Positions 60,170-64,000 of a stretch of 64,000 nt of DNA are shown in pieces. Source of the stretch: a bacterium (GTDB lineage Bacteria; UBA10199; 2-02-FULL-50-16; JAJFLM01); the NCBI GenBank assembly GCA_965216315.1, contig CBDCFN010000016.1, forward strand, positions 384,001 through 448,000, given 5' to 3'. The number at the start of each line of letters is the position of its first letter. Position 1 is the first letter of the stretch. The position numbers were made by a program, and so were the translations under genes. The notes beneath the pieces were generated by a model. It had not been told where the DNA came from, did no database searches, and was given only the letters and a program-made list of their open reading frames with translations.

Positions 60170-61462
60170 TTATTGACAGTTTTGAGGGAGTGGCATTGTG
60201 CCCGCGAGAACTTCGCGGGCACAATTATTATTAATGATTTCTTCCGAAGTCAGTGAGCGGTTATAGACAGCAACATCATCCAGTAACCCATGAAAATTAT
60301 ACTGCGTAGCTGTTGGCGCACCACTGAGATCAACAGAGCCACCTATCCGGTTGTCAATTGAACTCAAAGTTGTCCCATTTAGATTGTCATAAACTGGAAT
60401 TGAAGCTAATTCGGCACCACCTAAGAAGAACTTAGCACCAGAAGCTAAAGTGCTGCCATCGTAAGTTACGGCGACACTTTGCATAGTGCCTGGAGCAGCG
60501 AAAGTCATCATTGAGTCAATTCTAAGGCGGTTGTCTGCTGAATTATCGCTGGTGTAAACAAAGTTTAGGTGATCGGAAGCATCGTAACCGAACCAGAAAC
60601 CCCTTGAAAGAGATGGATTTGTATAGTCAGCATTGCTGAGTATCGTATGATCAGAGCCGGCTGAATCGCGTCTTGTCCATGCCTCAATGCTGAAAGCATC
60701 TGTCGAGTCAAAATTAAAGACATTGCCGATAGTGATGAAATCATTTACGCCGTCAAAGTTTACAGCGCCTCCTACATGACCTTGTGTCCATGCGACAGCA
60801 AGATTAAAATTAGTCAAGGTTCCGCTATTCCCTACGCTGCTTGAGTCAATAGCAGTACCTCCTGCCCCATCATCCATTCGCCACCAGCCTATCAATGAAT
60901 TATCGGTCGAGAAGCCCGCGATATCACTGTAATTGGAAAAGGAAGCATCACTATAAACCGTTCTAACTTTCCAGTAGTACTGTGACGAAACAGCGAGCGA
61001 ATCAATAACATCGTATTGAGTCGTAACCTGTATAGCGTTTGGGCAAAGATCAGGTCCGTCTATCGATGGCAGTCCTTGAGATGATTGGCATACTTGATAT
61101 CCGCTAATGCTTTTTTCATTTACAGGTGGGAGCTCGCCATCCTGCCAAAATAAGAAGGCCCGTGTTGGAGTCAATTGGGCTCCATTTATTGGGCGAAGAA
61201 TTGCGGGCGTTCCATCAAATGGGGTTCCTGCATCTACACTGCCAGCATCTGTCCCCGTATCCGTTGTGTCTCCATCTGTTGAGCCATCTGTTCCGCCATC
61301 AGTGCTGGAGCCAGCAATGAAGGGATCGCTAAAACACCCGACTGTCATCATTGATAAGGCGATTGGTACCAAGAGTAGCGAGTTGTGTGCTGTGTGAGCT
61401 GAAGCCATTACTGTGCTTGAGCCATGTAATGACGAATTTATCGAGGTGGTGCAGGCTAACAT
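60170..61462 (-). CDS. LamG/concanavalin-like domain lipoprotein (paralog 1)
   Basis: Lipobox TVGC, DGG/DAG linker, FN3-like YYWKVR, and LamG motifs GWWRMDDG, FDGVND and F.G.LDDV.VYNR.L. GAGGAG RBS before the ATG. Confidence 0.85.
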   Translation of the reverse strand: MLACTTSINSSLHGSSTVMASAHTAHNSLLLVPIALSMMTVGCFSDPFIAGSSTDGGTDGSTDGDTTDTGTDAGSVDAGTPFDGTPAILRPINGAQLTPTRAFLFWQDGELPPVNEKSISGYQVCQSSQGLPSIDGPDLCPNAIQVTTQYDVIDSLAVSSQYYWKVRTVYSDASFSNYSDIAGFSTDNSLIGWWRMDDGAGGTAIDSSSVGNSGTLTNFNLAVAWTQGHVGGAVNFDGVNDFITIGNVFNFDSTDAFSIEAWTRRDSAGSDHTILSNADYTNPSLSRGFWFGYDASDHLNFVYTSDNSADNRLRIDSMMTFAAPGTMQSVAVTYDGSTLASGAKFFLGGAELASIPVYDNLNGTTLSSIDNRIGGSVDLSGAPTATQYNFHGLLDDVAVYNRSLTSEEIINNNCAREVLAGTMPLPQNCQ

Positions 61463-61483
61463 CTGAAACTCCTCAAGGATTAT

Positions 61484-62947
61484 TTACTGACAAATTAATG
61501 GCAACGGGCTAGATCCGGCTAAGGCCTCACGAGAACAAGTTTCATTGATGACTTCAGGAAGAGTCAGTACTCGGGAATATACAGCTACATCATCGAGGAC
61601 ACCATCAAAGTTGTAGAGGGAAGCGAGTGGCATTCCAGATGTATCAACAGAGCCACCAAGCCGCGTCGGAGCTGAGTTGAGGGTTGTGCCGGACAGATTA
61701 TCATTGGTTAGAGTCGTAGCATCTTCAACGCCATCAACGTACATTTTAACGCCTGAGGCTGAAAGCGAGCCATCGTAGCTTAAGGCCACATGATGGGGTG
61801 TCCCAGCGCCAAATAGAGTTGTTGAATCAACCCTGATTTGATCCCCCGTACTATTATCACTATTAAGAGTGAAATTAAGATTGCCTGAGGCAATAAAGCC
61901 GAACCAGTAGCCACGCTGCAATGTAGAATCAGTATAATCGGTTCTACTGATAATCGTATCATCAGTACCAGTGGATTGGCGGTTAGTCCATGCCGAGATC
62001 GTATAGGGGGTTGTTGAATCAAAATTTAAAATATTCCCTAGTTCAACAAAGTCGTCAGTACCATCGAAGCTTAGGGCACCACCAATAAGGCCAGGTGTCC
62101 AGGCGGTTGAAGTATCAAAATTAGTCAGGGTGCCGTTATTGCCCGCACTGCTGGAATCACTGGCTGTGCTGCCGGAACCTTCATTGAAGCGCCACCAGCC
62201 GAGCAGAGAGTTATCGGTAGAAAAGGATCTAACTGGACTATAGTCGGTGCAATCGGCTTCTATGGCGTCGTAACAGGTTTGGACCTTCCAAAAATAACTT
62301 TGCGAGGGGGTTAAAGGATCGATGACACGGAAGCGATTGGTGTCGATGGTTTCATTGGGGCACTCGTCGGCATCATCGATATCGGCCAGCCCGACCGCGG
62401 TGTAGCAGGAACGATACCAGGTGGAGTTGCCTCCCGGAATGACGCCGTCTTGCCAGGACATAAAGGCGCGTGCGGGTGGCAATGTCTGTCCATCGGTGGG
62501 GAGCGATTGAGTTGGGATGTGGTCGGAGGGATATTCCATTCCACCATCCGTCGTGCCACTGTCGTCACCGCTATCACTACCAGCATCGACTGGAGGTGTT
62601 CCACTATCGTCGGGACCTCCGTCACCCGTAGTCCCGCCATCCGATGTGCCGAGTCCACTCGGATCAAATGTACACGCTCCCAATAAGCAAACGACAGCTC
62701 CTAGCAGAGCTACAGGCACTAAACGTAAGGCAGATTTAAATAGCTTGGCTCCTTCATCAGGACGCTGAACTGAAGGGCTTTGTTTAGTAAGGATGGAGCT
62801 GTTTGGCGCAACCGAGCCCGTGAGTGAACTACTAGCAGAAACGCTTGGAGCACCTGCTTGTGCCATGTTTTGCGTAGGAATGCCCACACTGCTAAGCAGC
62901 AGCTGGGACGTCGCCATAGCTGTCGAATTTACACCAGCAAGATACAT
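61484..62947 (-). CDS. LamG/concanavalin-like domain lipoprotein (paralog 2)
   Basis: Long Ser-rich N-terminal extension, lipobox LGAC, acidic DGG linker, FN3-like domain and LamG domain. Confidence 0.85.
   Translation of the reverse strand: MYLAGVNSTAMATSQLLLSSVGIPTQNMAQAGAPSVSASSSLTGSVAPNSSILTKQSPSVQRPDEGAKLFKSALRLVPVALLGAVVCLLGACTFDPSGLGTSDGGTTGDGGPDDSGTPPVDAGSDSGDDSGTTDGGMEYPSDHIPTQSLPTDGQTLPPARAFMSWQDGVIPGGNSTWYRSCYTAVGLADIDDADECPNETIDTNRFRVIDPLTPSQSYFWKVQTCYDAIEADCTDYSPVRSFSTDNSLLGWWRFNEGSGSTASDSSSAGNNGTLTNFDTSTAWTPGLIGGALSFDGTDDFVELGNILNFDSTTPYTISAWTNRQSTGTDDTIISRTDYTDSTLQRGYWFGFIASGNLNFTLNSDNSTGDQIRVDSTTLFGAGTPHHVALSYDGSLSASGVKMYVDGVEDATTLTNDNLSGTTLNSAPTRLGGSVDTSGMPLASLYNFDGVLDDVAVYSRVLTLPEVINETCSREALAGSSPLPLICQ
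62268..62432. repeat. Near-identical 165-bp segment shared with 63836-64000
   Basis: 163 of 165 positions are identical by eye between LamG paralogs 2 and 3. The match runs to the window edge. Confidence 0.9.
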
Positions 62948-62964
62948 TTTCGCACCTAGCTCAC

Positions 62965-62991
62965 TGTTCGGCTACGCTTATAAAAAGTTGC
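62965..62991 (-). promoter_or_regulatory. Putative sigma28 (FliA/WhiG)-like promoter
   Basis: Minus strand GCAA-N15-GCCGAACA versus consensus TAAA-N15-GCCGATAA, 17 nt upstream of ATG 62947. Confidence 0.45.
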
Positions 62992-63048
62992 TCCAAATTA
63001 GAAAAAGTGAAAAGTTTTCTATATTCTCTATAATTTCAACATGTTATT

Positions 63049-64000
63049 TTAGTTGCATATTAATAGAAAAGGACCAGCTCCAGTGAGGGCCTCACGCGCA
63101 CAAGTCTCATTGACGATTTCCTGAGCAGTCAGGGCACGATTGTAGACCGTGACATCATCTATGATTCCATCGAAATTATAGAGAGAAGCTGAAGGCATCC
63201 CAGTTGTATCGATGGAGCCACCAATCCGCGTCGGGGCGGGATTGAGAGTCGTGCCCGCCAACGCATCGGATACAACCATAACCGTCTCTTCAGTTCCATC
63301 GACAAAAAGTTTAGCTCCACTAGCCATCGTGGATCCATCATAGGTGACGGCCACATGATGGGGAGTCCCCGGGGAATTAAAGAGAGTCGTCGAATCAATG
63401 CGGAGTCGGTTGCCCGTACTGCTGTCACTCACCAAGAAGAGATCGAGGGTGTCAGTAGAACTAAAGCCAAACCAATAACCTCGTTGCAAGACGGGATCGG
63501 TATAGTCGGCCCGTGCAAAGATAGTATGGTCGGAGCCAACAGCCTGGCGGTTGGTCCAGGCGGAGATAGTAAAGGGGCTCGAAGCATCGAAATTCAAGAT
63601 GTCACCGAGTTCAACGAAATCGTCAGTGCCATCGAAGGTCAAGGCTCCCCCGATAAAGCCCGGGACCCAGGCAGATGCGAGATCGAAATTAGTCAGGACT
63701 CCATTGTTGCCTGCACTGCTGGAATCAGTAGCGGAACTGCCAGCGCCGTTGTCCATACGCCACCAGCCGAGTAAGGAATTGTCGGTGGAGAAGGAGCGCA
63801 CGGGACTGTAGTCCGTACAGTCGGTTCCGCCCGCATCGTAACAGGTCTGGACCTTCCAAAAATAACTTTGCGATGGGGTTAAAGGATCGATGACACGGAA
63901 GCGATTGGTGTCGATGGTTTCATTGGGGCACTCGTCGGCATCATCGATATCGGCCAGCCCGACCGCGGTGTAGCAGGAACGATACCAGGTGGAGTTGCCT
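63049..64000 (-). CDS. LamG-domain protein (paralog 3), 5' end beyond the window
   Basis: The frame stays open past 63801 to the edge (GNSTWYRSCYTAVG...SYFWKVQTCYDAGGTDCTDYSPVRSF), followed by a LamG domain paralogous to 61484-62947. Confidence 0.88.
   Translation of the reverse strand, partial: GNSTWYRSCYTAVGLADIDDADECPNETIDTNRFRVIDPLTPSQSYFWKVQTCYDAGGTDCTDYSPVRSFSTDNSLLGWWRMDNGAGSSATDSSSAGNNGVLTNFDLASAWVPGFIGGALTFDGTDDFVELGDILNFDASSPFTISAWTNRQAVGSDHTIFARADYTDPVLQRGYWFGFSSTDTLDLFLVSDSSTGNRLRIDSTTLFNSPGTPHHVAVTYDGSTMASGAKLFVDGTEETVMVVSDALAGTTLNPAPTRIGGSIDTTGMPSASLYNFDGIIDDVTVYNRALTAQEIVNETCAREALTGAGPFLLICN

Noticed and set aside
825..63811. Numerous 60-140 aa ORFs nested in or antisense to long genes (e.g. 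5729-6139, 8672-9067, 15709-16092, 17318-17641, 51641-52018, 63355-63774)
   Set aside because: They are shadow ORFs of well-supported genes, with no motifs or independent translation signals.
62268..64000. DGR acting on the LamG paralogs
   Set aside because: Both copies lie within intact coding frames and the shared segment is not a C-terminal variable region. No reverse transcriptase is visible.

Overview
This is a bacterial chromosomal window with three parts. The gene content and Asp/Gly-rich lipoprotein linkers suggest a deltaproteobacterial/Myxococcota-like lineage, but that is inference only. (1) 1-15.1 kb is mostly housekeeping and envelope genes: a truncated CruF-like membrane gene, nfeD-stomatin, a REC/HD-GYP regulator, an EndoIII-like glycosylase, an M16 peptidase, a histidine phosphatase, ligA, nadA, a flippase-like gene, a wzi-like gene and a CDP-alcohol phosphotransferase. 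It also holds REP-like palindromes and an odd duplication of the first 68 bp of the M16 peptidase gene around a 93-bp structured insert. (2) 15.1-60.2 kb is a very large, AT-richer Wzx/Wzy surface-polysaccharide locus. A divergent SLBB/Wzz export pair faces a co-oriented run of about 42 kb, headed by an EPS-type MarR regulator, an RfaH-like antiterminator and a perfect ops site. The run encodes WbpA/B-D/E/I-type diacetamido-uronic acid synthesis, HisH/HisF/WbpG amidination, AsnB amidation, a split transketolase, methyltransferases, two Wzx, Wzy, four soluble glycosyltransferases, a phosphoglycosyl transferase and a PglF/WbpM dehydratase. It also encodes poorly understood proteins: a nucleotidyltransferase-dTMP-kinase-like fusion with a partner kinase, HTTM-like and GT-C-like membrane proteins, and an alpha/alpha-barrel-like lipoprotein. 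(3) 60.2-64 kb is a tandem array of at least three paralogous FN3-like/LamG genes (the two complete ones are predicted lipoproteins) with long N-terminal extensions, a sigma28-like promoter and a gene-conversion-like patch. I saw no rRNA, tRNA, CRISPR array, transposase or integrase. All family calls come from motif recognition by eye, not database searches.
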